Source: an uncultured Clostridia bacterium | GTDB lineage: Bacteria > Bacillota > Clostridia > Oscillospirales > UBA644 | Assembly: GCA_944386295.1 (NCBI GenBank) | Contig: CALXAO010000110.1 | Location: forward strand, 1-62,863 | Length of the DNA stretch: 62,863 nucleotides | Direction of reading: 5' to 3' | Shown: positions 42,489 through 50,996 of the stretch, piece by piece | How positions within the stretch are numbered: position 1 is the stretch's first letter | How the letters are laid out: each line of letters begins with the position of its first letter | Position numbers and translations under genes: made by a program | The notes under the pieces: model-generated | What the model saw: only the letters and a program-made list of their open reading frames with translations | What the model was told of the DNA's origin: nothing | Database searches by the model: none

Positions 42489-43529
42489 TCAGCCGTTGCA
42501 CCCACATCCGCAGCGAACTACGCCGGTTGCCGCGTTTCCGGATACGGTTGCGGAATTGTTGCAGCAGCAGGCGTTATTTCCGTACAGGTCAAAGCCCTGC
42601 AATCCGCAGGTCAGGTCTTCCTGTGCTTGTGCACCATTCAGTAGCATCAGGGTGTTGCGCAACACTTCCACGTGTGCAGTTGGATTAATAGACAGGGTCG
42701 CGTTCAGCAGAATATTGATTCCCTCGGCCGGAATGTCGGGATTGACATATTCCACAGTCAGCGTTGGGTTGATAACATTAAGTCTTCCGCCGAAGCTGAA
42801 TGTAACCACGGGAACCATTCCGTTGGCGATACAGGGAATGTTTGCTTCTGCTACGGCGAAGCTGGAGGTTGTCATTGCCCCGGTCAAAGGTGTTGCCTCG
42901 TTGTTTGCAAGATACAGTTTGAAACGGTACATTTTTCCTCCGGTGCGAACAACACCTTCAAAGGCCATCCGTGCACGGAATGCTAACGGACCAATATTTT
43001 GAAGCAGCAGAAACGCTTTGGAGGGCAGTCCCTGTGCGATACACTGGGGATTGAGGATATTGTTGATTACGTTGCCGATTGTGGCAGTGTACAGTCCATT
43101 GGAAAAGGTGACGTCTTCCACTTCAAACCCGTTGATTGTGACCTGGGCCGGCGTAATCGGTACTGGATTAGGGCCGTCGTCGGCAGTAACCATCAGACAA
43201 TCCAGTTGAGAATAGATTTTCTGAATTTCAAATACGGCGTCAGGGCCCAAAACTGTGCTGTCACAGCAGCAACAACATCCGCAGCCGGAACAGGGAATCA
43301 AGTTGTAAACCGCGGTAAAATTATCCGGATCGGTTGCGGTGTTAAGATTGTAGAACAGGGAAGAACCTTCCGCTTCGTGGGCGGAAAAGATCTTATTCAG
43401 ATAAGCGGCGTTCTGACAGGAGCGGTCCCATTTCATACATTTGGGGTCAAAACATTTTCCGCATTGCGATGTGGACGGGCACATCAAAATTGGGGTAGCT
43501 TCTGTTGCGTTGCAATTGTAGCAATTCAT
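42489..43529 (-). CDS. Cysteine-rich protein of unknown function (346 aa, 24 Cys)
   Basis: Long uninterrupted ORF with AAAGGA upstream. It has Cys clusters at the N-terminus (CYNC, CPSTSQCGKCFDPKC), an internal CSGCGCCCCC, and a C-terminal ACCC...RCGCGCNG. The Cys-poor central region is rich in N/T/V/G and looks beta-rich. Confidence 0.7.
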   Translation of the reverse strand: MNCYNCNATEATPILMCPSTSQCGKCFDPKCMKWDRSCQNAAYLNKIFSAHEAEGSSLFYNLNTATDPDNFTAVYNLIPCSGCGCCCCCDSTVLGPDAVFEIQKIYSQLDCLMVTADDGPNPVPITPAQVTINGFEVEDVTFSNGLYTATIGNVINNILNPQCIAQGLPSKAFLLLQNIGPLAFRARMAFEGVVRTGGKMYRFKLYLANNEATPLTGAMTTSSFAVAEANIPCIANGMVPVVTFSFGGRLNVINPTLTVEYVNPDIPAEGINILLNATLSINPTAHVEVLRNTLMLLNGAQAQEDLTCGLQGFDLYGNNACCCNNSATVSGNAATGVVRCGCGCNG

Positions 43530-43788
43530 TTTTTTGTTTTCCTTTCCGATAAAGGAGTCCGAAATATTTCGGATTCCCGAAATGACCGGTTCTATTGACT
43601 TGGACCCGGTCGCATATCGCGGTAAGCGATATGTAGCCGCCTATAAATTTATTGTCCTACACTTTCACTATATGCTTGGGTTGGAAAATTGCCAAAGTCT
43701 TGTTTGTGTTTTTCCTGGGCTCTGCTGTTGTAAAGGGGAAGTTGAGGGAAAATTCAAAAATTCTTCCCTGATAAGCATTGCCTAATTC

Positions 43789-43817
43789 TTGACATTAGCA
43801 CGTTAATGTAGTATAAT
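43789..43817 (+). promoter_or_regulatory. Perfect TTGACA-17-TATAAT promoter upstream of aroK
   Basis: -35 at 43789-43794, -10 at 43812-43817. Confidence 0.6.
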
Positions 43818-43856
43818 GTAAATATACTTTGCAGGGATAGAGAAAGGACAGAAAGA

Positions 43857-44396
43857 ATGAGGAATGTCTATCTTGTTGGGCTTCCCGGGTCCGGAAAGAC
43901 TACGGTGGGCCGTTTGGCTGCGTCCCGGCTTGGCTGTCCGTGGGTGGATTTGGATCGTTTGATTGAACAGCGGGAACAGGCTTCCGTTCCGGATTTGTTT
44001 GCTTTGGGAGAAGACTGGTTTCGGGAACGGGAAACTGCTGCGCTGAAAGCGGTAATTGATGCACCCGGCGGAAAAATTGTAGCTACCGGCGGCGGAATCG
44101 TGGAACGGGAAGAAAATCGACGTCTGCTACAAAACGAATTTGTGATTTTTATTCACCGTAATCTATACCAAATTCACCGCACACTGCGCACTGACCGACG
44201 TCCTCTTCTCAGGAAAGATTCCTCTGTTCTTTATGCATTGGTGAAACGCCGTAGGGGCTGGTATGAGGAAATTGCCGATGTGAAGGTCACCAACAACAAG
44301 TCTTTGCGCCGCTGTGTGGAAAAGTTGGTTACGGCAATTACGGAACAGGAAAAAAAATATGAAACTGAGTGTTCTAAGGAAAGGGAATTTGAATGA
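43857..44396 (+). CDS. aroK: Shikimate kinase
   Basis: Walker A GLPGSGKTTVGR; ATGGG.. lid region. Confidence 0.88.
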   Translation: MRNVYLVGLPGSGKTTVGRLAASRLGCPWVDLDRLIEQREQASVPDLFALGEDWFRERETAALKAVIDAPGGKIVATGGGIVEREENRRLLQNEFVIFIHRNLYQIHRTLRTDRRPLLRKDSSVLYALVKRRRGWYEEIADVKVTNNKSLRRCVEKLVTAITEQEKKYETECSKEREFE

Positions 44397-45184
44397 AGAC
44401 AATTTTAGACAAGCAGCTGTATCTTTTGGATATGGATGGGACGATTTATTTGGAAAACGATTTGATTGAAGGAGCGGCGGAGTTTATTGACTGGTTGCGG
44501 CGCACCGGTCGTGATTATGTGTTCATGACCAACAATTCTTCCCGATCGGCCGACGCCTACCTGGAAAAGCTTGCCAGACTGAAGATTCCTGCAGACCGGA
44601 GCAATATTTTTACTTCCGGACAGGCTGCCTGTATTTTTTTGAACAACCTTAAACCAGGGGCGAAAATTTATGTAGTGGGGACCCGGTCACTGAAAGAAGA
44701 AATTCGTGCCAGCGGTTTTACAGTGGCTGAGAAGCCCGACACTGACATTGACTTCCTGCTGGTAGGCTATGATACGGAGTTAACCTATCAGAAGTTGACG
44801 GATGCCTGCAATTTGCTTTATGACGGAATTCCCTTTTATGCCACCAATCCGGATGTTGTCTGTCCGGCACAGAAGGGACGATATCTTCCAGACTGTGCCA
44901 CCATGTGTTACATGTTAGAAAAAGCGACTGGACGTACACCGTTTTATATTGGAAAGCCACGAAAAGAAATGGCGCTTTCCGCTATTCAGTTTAAGGGTGG
45001 TCAGCCGGAAAAAACGGCGCTGGTGGGAGATCGGCTCTATACCGATATTCAATGTGGTCTGAACGCGGAGATTCTTTCGATTTTGGTTTTGTCGGGGGAA
45101 AGTACCGTGGAAGATATTGAAAAGTTTAATGTTCATCCTGATGTGATTCTCAATAATGTAGGAGAAATTATTGACCATCCCTGA
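44393..45184 (+). CDS. HAD-IIA family hydrolase (NagD-like)
   Basis: LLDMDGTIY motif I, FMTNNSS, GKP, GDRLYTDI. Confidence 0.8.
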   Translation: MKTILDKQLYLLDMDGTIYLENDLIEGAAEFIDWLRRTGRDYVFMTNNSSRSADAYLEKLARLKIPADRSNIFTSGQAACIFLNNLKPGAKIYVVGTRSLKEEIRASGFTVAEKPDTDIDFLLVGYDTELTYQKLTDACNLLYDGIPFYATNPDVVCPAQKGRYLPDCATMCYMLEKATGRTPFYIGKPRKEMALSAIQFKGGQPEKTALVGDRLYTDIQCGLNAEILSILVLSGESTVEDIEKFNVHPDVILNNVGEIIDHP

Positions 45185-45218
45185 GCAAGAAATCGGCGAT
45201 GCCCTGTATTCTTAAAAA

Positions 45219-45250
45219 GCAGGGCCGTCCTTTTCAAAGGACGGCCCTGC
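45219..45250. terminator. Bidirectional intrinsic terminator
   Basis: GCAGGGCCGTCCT-TTTCAA-AGGACGGCCCTGC between convergent genes. Confidence 0.65.
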
Positions 45251-45281
45251 CGAAGAGTACATCATGTAAATTGCTTTCGTT

Positions 45282-46583
45282 TTATTTCCCGGGCCGGATT
45301 CTGTTTCCAGTGTACTTTCGTTTGGATTTTTTCGGTTTTCGGTGATTCAGTTGGTATACAATGAACAGATATAGGATCATAAGTAGAGAAACGCCGCCCA
45401 ATATTAGCCACAGAATTTTATTGGAAAAGAAGGCGGCTAGTTGGTCGGAATAAACTTTGAAATAATCCAGAGAAACTCCCGTTTGAGCAAGCAGATTTGA
45501 GGTTCCGCAGACCATGCCGTTGCACTCTACCGTGACGGTACCCAGAACGGTTCCTTTTTCTACAGGCGCCTGTAATTCGGCCGGTGCCTCGATAATTAGG
45601 CGGATGTCGTCATCTTCTGTATGTCGGGAAACCGACGCGCTGATGGATGTTTCTGCTATCAGTAAAATTTGATCGCTTTGTTTCCCCTGCAGAATTTGGA
45701 CTCCGCAGATGATTGTTCCTTTGGACAGCAGGGTACGTACTTGGTATTCGTTTCGGGAATAATCCAGCATTTTTCCGACTTCCGGATACAGGTCACTGAG
45801 CGAGCCCGTACTGTTTGCCACTGAAACAAGGGCGTTGTCTTCGTTTGTGCAAAAGCTGGCGGCGCAAGCGCCTATCCCATCGGTGGAAACGGCTAATCCA
45901 GTTGCCAGGGAACTGTAATACTGACTTTGTGTTTCTACTAGCATGTTTTTCGTATAAAGTGTTTTGGATTCTCCGTTGACGGTAATTTTGGCCACACGGT
46001 AATCTGAAATCGTCCGCACTTCCTCGTGAGTCAAAAGCTGGGACAGAATGTGGGAAACGTCCCGCATGGTGGTTTGTCCTGGATTATTCGGCGCGTAACC
46101 GTGCACCGTGGTAAAAACTGTACTATCTGCTCCCAGCTCTGCTGCCCGTTGGTTCATACGCTTTAAAAACAGTGTTACGGACGGGTCCACGGTCAGGGCG
46201 ACCGCTACGCAGGCTTCTTGGGAATTGGCTACGAGAATGCAGGTCAGAAGACTTTGTTTGGTAAGAACGTCTCCGGCCTTGAGTTCGGCGGAACTAATTT
46301 GCGGAGTCGCGGAGATCATCTCCCGGGTAATGGTGACTTCTTCTGTCAGGTTTTCCGTCTGTTCCAGCAGTAGCAGACAAGTCATCAACCGGGGAAGCAT
46401 CCCGCAGGCGAATGGGGAAGAGGTGTTCTTGGAATAGAGAATTTCCCCGCTGGCGGCGTTGAAAATAATCGCTTGTTCGGCTTGTAGGATTAATTCACTT
46501 TCTGCCGCAGAACAGAGGAGGGTACAGCCGATCAGGACGGCTAGAAGCAGGGTCAGAGATAAAAATCTGCGAAACAATTCCAT
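45282..46583 (-). CDS. D-alanyl-D-alanine carboxypeptidase (S11/PBP5)-like protein with degenerate catalytic motifs
   Basis: Signal peptide, PBP5-like fold and a C-terminal TM anchor. The SxxK, SxN and KTG positions read ACGM..PRLMT, SQE and ATG. ATG at 46583 follows AGGAG. Confidence 0.65.
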   Translation of the reverse strand: MELFRRFLSLTLLLAVLIGCTLLCSAAESELILQAEQAIIFNAASGEILYSKNTSSPFACGMLPRLMTCLLLLEQTENLTEEVTITREMISATPQISSAELKAGDVLTKQSLLTCILVANSQEACVAVALTVDPSVTLFLKRMNQRAAELGADSTVFTTVHGYAPNNPGQTTMRDVSHILSQLLTHEEVRTISDYRVAKITVNGESKTLYTKNMLVETQSQYYSSLATGLAVSTDGIGACAASFCTNEDNALVSVANSTGSLSDLYPEVGKMLDYSRNEYQVRTLLSKGTIICGVQILQGKQSDQILLIAETSISASVSRHTEDDDIRLIIEAPAELQAPVEKGTVLGTVTVECNGMVCGTSNLLAQTGVSLDYFKVYSDQLAAFFSNKILWLILGGVSLLMILYLFIVYQLNHRKPKKSKRKYTGNRIRPGK

Positions 46584-46705
46584 GGCGGTGTTACTCCTGT
46601 GTGATGTATTAAATTTATTATAGCATATTTCTTTGGGGATTTCCATGGTGCTGTGTAAAAAAAAAGAGGAGAAAAATTAACATTTATCGGAAAGGATATA
46701 GTATT

Positions 46706-47005
46706 ATGAACAGTAAACTGCGCTCCGAGCAGATGGATTGCCTGTTTTCCGCGATTCTGAATCTGGCATCGGAGGAAGAATGCTACGCGTTTTTTGAAGA
46801 CCTCTGTACGGTCAGCGAGTTAAAGGCCATGGCGCAGCGGTTTGAAGTGGCCCGACTTCTGCAGCGGGGGATTCCCTATACAGATATTGTGAATCAGACT
46901 GGTGCGTCTACTGCCACTATTTCTCGGGTCAATCGTGCTTTAACTTACGGGGCGGACGGGTACAAGCGGGTTCTGGAAAAGTGGAAAGACAACGATGGGC
47001 TATGA
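46706..47005 (+). CDS. YerC/YecD-family TrpR-like DNA-binding protein
   Basis: EECYAFFEDLCTVSELKAMAQRFEVARLL...TGASTATISRVNRAL. Confidence 0.8.
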   Translation: MNSKLRSEQMDCLFSAILNLASEEECYAFFEDLCTVSELKAMAQRFEVARLLQRGIPYTDIVNQTGASTATISRVNRALTYGADGYKRVLEKWKDNDGL

Positions 47006-47714
47006 TCAGGTCAGCCGCGTTTACGATGCGTTTAACGATGGCTTTGATTACCGGGATTATCTGGATCGCATTGAACCTTTCCTAACCGGATTGCCTGTGG
47101 AAAAGCTGGCATTGGACTGCGGGTGCGGTACCGGTTCCCTGATGTTGGAGCTATTCCGGCGGGGATATGACTGCACTGGTTTGGATCTGTCCGAGGGAAT
47201 GCTTGCTGCAGCCGACGAAAAACTCCGGGCGGCCGGATACGAGCCTCACCTGATTTGCCAGGACTTGGGGGCAATCAATTTGTATGGCGCCTATCACGTG
47301 GTATTTTCTTCCTTGGATACGATTAACCACATTCTGGATAAACGCATTTTGACCCGTTTTTTCCGGAGACTGCATTGTTTTGTAGAGCCGGGAGGATATT
47401 TTGTGTTTGATCTTAAGCGGCGGGCAAGCCTGGCCGGTCGGTCGGTTTCGGTGGAGGAACGGGAGAATGAACTGTTGATTCTTCGCCGGGATTTTGATGG
47501 CAGATATGCTGAATACCGGCTGGATGCTTTTGTTCTTCGGGCGGACGGGGGCTGGGAACGTTGTTCCGATCAGGTTGCCGGGCGATTTTATCCTATGAAG
47601 GATTTGACTGCCTTGCTGCGGAGCTTTGGCTTTGCTCTGGTGAAGCGAATTCGGTATTACGAACGGGAGATTGCGATTTTTCAGAAGAGTGAAAGCAGGA
47701 AAGGGGCATTATAA
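46995..47714 (+). CDS. Class I SAM-dependent methyltransferase
   Basis: LDCGCGTGSL motif I. Confidence 0.8.
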   Translation: MGYDQVSRVYDAFNDGFDYRDYLDRIEPFLTGLPVEKLALDCGCGTGSLMLELFRRGYDCTGLDLSEGMLAAADEKLRAAGYEPHLICQDLGAINLYGAYHVVFSSLDTINHILDKRILTRFFRRLHCFVEPGGYFVFDLKRRASLAGRSVSVEERENELLILRRDFDGRYAEYRLDAFVLRADGGWERCSDQVAGRFYPMKDLTALLRSFGFALVKRIRYYEREIAIFQKSESRKGAL

Positions 47715-47715
47715 A

Positions 47716-48444
47716 GTGGAGTATCTTACAAAATATATTTACGGCAATGCCCGGATCTTTGTTGTACAGCTGAAAGAGGCGGTAATGCAGACGGTTCGCA
47801 TGCAGTCTCTGTCGGAATCCGATGGGATATTGATTGGGAAGCTGGAAGCCTTTGCCGCTTGCCTTGCCGGACTGCAAAAGGAAGACGGGGCTTCGGTTTC
47901 TGTGAAATTAACCGATCCAGCTGCGAAAAAGGCGGTTACAGCTTTAGCTGAAAAAAGCGGACAGGTCCGGGCATATCTGGATGAGATTGCCGATGCTGTC
48001 CGGAATTCGGAACCGGTAATGGAAGTTGTACAAAGACTTCCGTTGCGGGGGAATTATACCGGGGTGGTTTCTGCTCCGGACTTGGATTGTTTAATCCGGG
48101 CTTATTTTGCCCGAAGTCTTCAGATTGAAGCTGTTTGCCGGGTGTTTTCCCAAAATAGCGTTTTTTACTGCGTCCTTGTAGAACAGTTGCCCGGGATTCC
48201 CATGGCTCTGAAGGGCGTAATGGCACGTGCGTTGGTTTTGCTGGAAAATGAGATGGAATTTCCGGAAGACGAGTTTGAGCGGATGGAGCAAACCCCCCTT
48301 TTTTTCGGATGTACCTGTTCCCGGGCCTCGGTTTACCGTTTAATTCGGTCTATGACTCCAGACGAATTGGCGGAGTTGACGCAGGATGGGAAAATTGAAA
48401 CCCATTGTAAATTCTGCGGAAAAAAATATTCGTTTGAAGTGTAA
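47716..48444 (+). CDS. hslO: Hsp33-like redox chaperone (short, divergent)
   Basis: C-terminal zinc centre GCTCSR...HCKFCGKKY. GTG at 47716 lies 1 nt after the upstream stop. The N-terminal domain is divergent. Confidence 0.6.
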   Translation: MEYLTKYIYGNARIFVVQLKEAVMQTVRMQSLSESDGILIGKLEAFAACLAGLQKEDGASVSVKLTDPAAKKAVTALAEKSGQVRAYLDEIADAVRNSEPVMEVVQRLPLRGNYTGVVSAPDLDCLIRAYFARSLQIEAVCRVFSQNSVFYCVLVEQLPGIPMALKGVMARALVLLENEMEFPEDEFERMEQTPLFFGCTCSRASVYRLIRSMTPDELAELTQDGKIETHCKFCGKKYSFEV

Positions 48445-48456
48445 TGAGGACAGGAA

Positions 48457-49140
48457 ATGGCTTATGATTATTTGTTGTTTGATTTGGACGGTACGTTAAC
48501 CGATCCCAAGGAAGGCATTACCAAATGCGTTCGGTACGCGCTGGAAAGCTTTGGAATTCCAGTGGAAGATCTGTCGGAACTGCTTTGCTTTATCGGACCG
48601 CCGCTGGTGGAATCCTTTATGACGCGGTATTCGTTTTCTCCAGAGCAGGCTGAGGCAGCGGTGAAGAAGTATAGGGAACGTTTTGCCACAGTGGGAATTC
48701 GGGAAAATAATGCCATGCCTGGAATGCGGGAGCTGCTTTGCCGACTTTGGGAACAGGGAAAAACGCTCTGTGTTGCTACGTCCAAACCGTTGGTTTTTGC
48801 CAGAGAGGTTCTTGATTTATTTGATATGACCCGGTTTTTTGCGGTTATCTCCGGCGCAGAGCTAAACGGACGGAGGTCCCGGAAGGCGGAGGTGATTCGG
48901 GATGTGTTTGCCCAGCTGAATCTGCGGGAACAGGATTTGGGGCGCTGCGTCATGATTGGCGATCGGCGGCAGGACGTAGAAGGTGCGTTGGAATGTGGGA
49001 TTGACAGTATTGGTGTTCGATTTGGATATGCTGAGCCCGGCGAATTAGAACAGGCCGGCGTTACTAGGATTGCGGCGGATCCTGAGGAATTGGAAGCTTG
49101 TATCTGCGCCTGTGCTAAGAATGAGAAGCCGCATCAGTAA
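48457..49140 (+). CDS. HAD-family phosphatase (phosphoglycolate phosphatase-like)
   Basis: LLFDLDGTLTD, ATSK, GDRRQDVEGA. Confidence 0.85.
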   Translation: MAYDYLLFDLDGTLTDPKEGITKCVRYALESFGIPVEDLSELLCFIGPPLVESFMTRYSFSPEQAEAAVKKYRERFATVGIRENNAMPGMRELLCRLWEQGKTLCVATSKPLVFAREVLDLFDMTRFFAVISGAELNGRRSRKAEVIRDVFAQLNLREQDLGRCVMIGDRRQDVEGALECGIDSIGVRFGYAEPGELEQAGVTRIAADPEELEACICACAKNEKPHQ

Positions 49141-49165
49141 GCTAGAAAATATTGAAAGAAACCAA

Positions 49166-49205
49166 AAAAGACATCGGAACTGAAGCGTTTGTTCCGATGT
49201 CTTTT
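49166..49205. terminator. Bidirectional intrinsic terminator
   Basis: AAAAGACATCGGAAC-10 nt-GTTCCGATGTCTTTT. Confidence 0.65.
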
Positions 49206-49211
49206 GGGTTT

Positions 49212-49909
49212 CTATTTTACAGCTCGGAGCATGGGCGTGTGGTCATCTTCCGGCAAAAAGCCCACCAGTTCTACGGAGGCAAACCCTGCATTTCGGAGTG
49301 CTTCCATTTCATGCGCCAAAGTCAGCGGTGTATCAAAATGCACAAAAACCGTGTCCGGAACCTTGTCGCGCAGACGTCTCCGGCGGCATTCCGAGGCTGC
49401 CAGGTCTTCGATTTCCTGAGAGGTTGCGATATAATCGCATTCAAGAAAGATTCCGCCGGGTTTTAGAGCACGGCGCACACGTTCAAACAGCGTGTGTTTT
49501 TTTCTGCGGTAAAATGATGCAATGTTTCAAAAGCCACAACCGCGTCAAAACGGCTTTCACCGAAATCCTGTTGAAAATAGTCTCCGCAGATCAGGGTAAG
49601 CGCTTTGTCGGCATGCTTTTGACTTAATACTGCAAGCATGGATTCTGACAGGTCAATTCCGGTAATCCGTAGGTGCGAAAATCGGGAAAATATACAGTCC
49701 AGCTCAAGGCCGGTTCCACAGCCGATATCCAGCAGCGTTTCCGTTTCTGCCGGCAGGAGCTGTGCCATCCATGCATACTGTCTTTTCCAGCGGCTCATAT
49801 GTTCTTCATAGCTGTCAACGCGGGCGTTAAAAAAGGCGGCCATTGTTTCCAGCGGTTCATTTTGGGTTTTGTCCAGCCATTCTTTCAGTTCCCGGTAATT
49901 TGCGTCCAT
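49212..49909 (-). pseudogene. Class I SAM-dependent methyltransferase split by a -1 frameshift in an A/T homopolymer
   Basis: The 148-aa ORF (DIGCGTGLE...LHHFTAEK) and the 88-aa ORF (RRALKPGGIFLECDY...) join as ..AEKKHTLFERVRRALKPGG.. if the T7 run at 49497-49503 were T8. Confidence 0.75.
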
Positions 49910-49936
49910 TGTTCGGTTCCTTTCAGGCAGAAACTG

Positions 49937-50899
49937 TTATTTTTTTAACATAGCCCGGGTTAAATTTTCGGCGTAGATACCAAAGCCCAGATCATTAGGA
50001 TGGAGTGTTTTGTCTGCAAAAAATGCAGAGTCATGTGGAACGAGGGCTGTCCCGTCAATGGGAAGAAAACCTCTTTGTTCCGCTTCCCTCCAAAGCAAAT
50101 TCCGGTAATCAGAAAAATGACCCAATGGCTGAAGCCTTTCTTCGCCGGCCCGCCAGATAGGGGTAATCAGATAGACTTTTTTCTTGCCGTAGAGGGTGGA
50201 AACGCCATCCAGAAATTCTTTAGTATGCCGGTGCAGTTCTTCCGTAGATGTAAAATATCCGCCGAAGAAATCGTTGGTTCCATAAGCTACGATTATTGTG
50301 TCCGGGTCGTAGGGCAGTCGGTCCAGAGTGGATGCATGAAAGTAGCCTCCGCCCACGCCCTGAATCAGACTGTCCGCTTCAAAAAAACGTGCGGTACGGT
50401 AGGCGTAGGACAGTGAATCGTAAAAACTGTCCCAGCCCTGGGTAATGGAATCGCCCAGAAACAAAATTCTACGGGAAAAGATATGGGGGAGAATTTTTGC
50501 GCCGTCATCCAATTCTACATCTGTCAGAACGCCGTTGTCGTGGCTGGGAAAGTAGACGGTAATTCGGTTCATTTCCGTAGAATTGTCCAGAAAAATTTCC
50601 GCTGCCTTTCCTTCGGTGCGCAGTTTATCCATTTCAAACCGACCGGCCGGAAGGCCGTTGACGTAAATCTCAAATTTGTTTCCTTGTCCGGTACGGAAGG
50701 CAAACCGTTTTGTATCGGTGTGAAAATCCAGACGAATCCCGGTGGTTGTTTCTGCTCTTTCCCCCAGAAATGGGGCGAGGGTTGTCCAGGCCGCGATTTG
50801 CTTCCGGGTGCATTTGTAAAAATGTATCCCATCCGTTTCGAGGCTGATTTCTACGGTACCAAAGGTTATGGCGTGAATCATTTCGAGGGAAAGTTTCAT
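49937..50899 (-). CDS. SGNH/GDSL-family hydrolase with N-terminal beta-sandwich-like domain
   Basis: FLGDSITQGW (block I), GTND (block III), HPND (block V). Confidence 0.75.
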   Translation of the reverse strand: MKLSLEMIHAITFGTVEISLETDGIHFYKCTRKQIAAWTTLAPFLGERAETTTGIRLDFHTDTKRFAFRTGQGNKFEIYVNGLPAGRFEMDKLRTEGKAAEIFLDNSTEMNRITVYFPSHDNGVLTDVELDDGAKILPHIFSRRILFLGDSITQGWDSFYDSLSYAYRTARFFEADSLIQGVGGGYFHASTLDRLPYDPDTIIVAYGTNDFFGGYFTSTEELHRHTKEFLDGVSTLYGKKKVYLITPIWRAGEERLQPLGHFSDYRNLLWREAEQRGFLPIDGTALVPHDSAFFADKTLHPNDLGFGIYAENLTRAMLKK

Positions 50900-50996
50900 T
50901 GTTTTCTTCCTTTCTTTTTGCCGAAAGGCAATTTGGGGAAGCGTTTCTCGGCCTCGGACAGTCTCACCAGAGACTGTCCTGTCGAGTTCCGGTATT

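Noticed and set aside
43534-43785. 83-aa plus-strand ORF in the spacer upstream of aroK
   Set aside because: It has no RBS and starts inside the RBS/5' region of the opposite-strand Cys-rich gene. It ends upstream of the aroK promoter. It has no motif.
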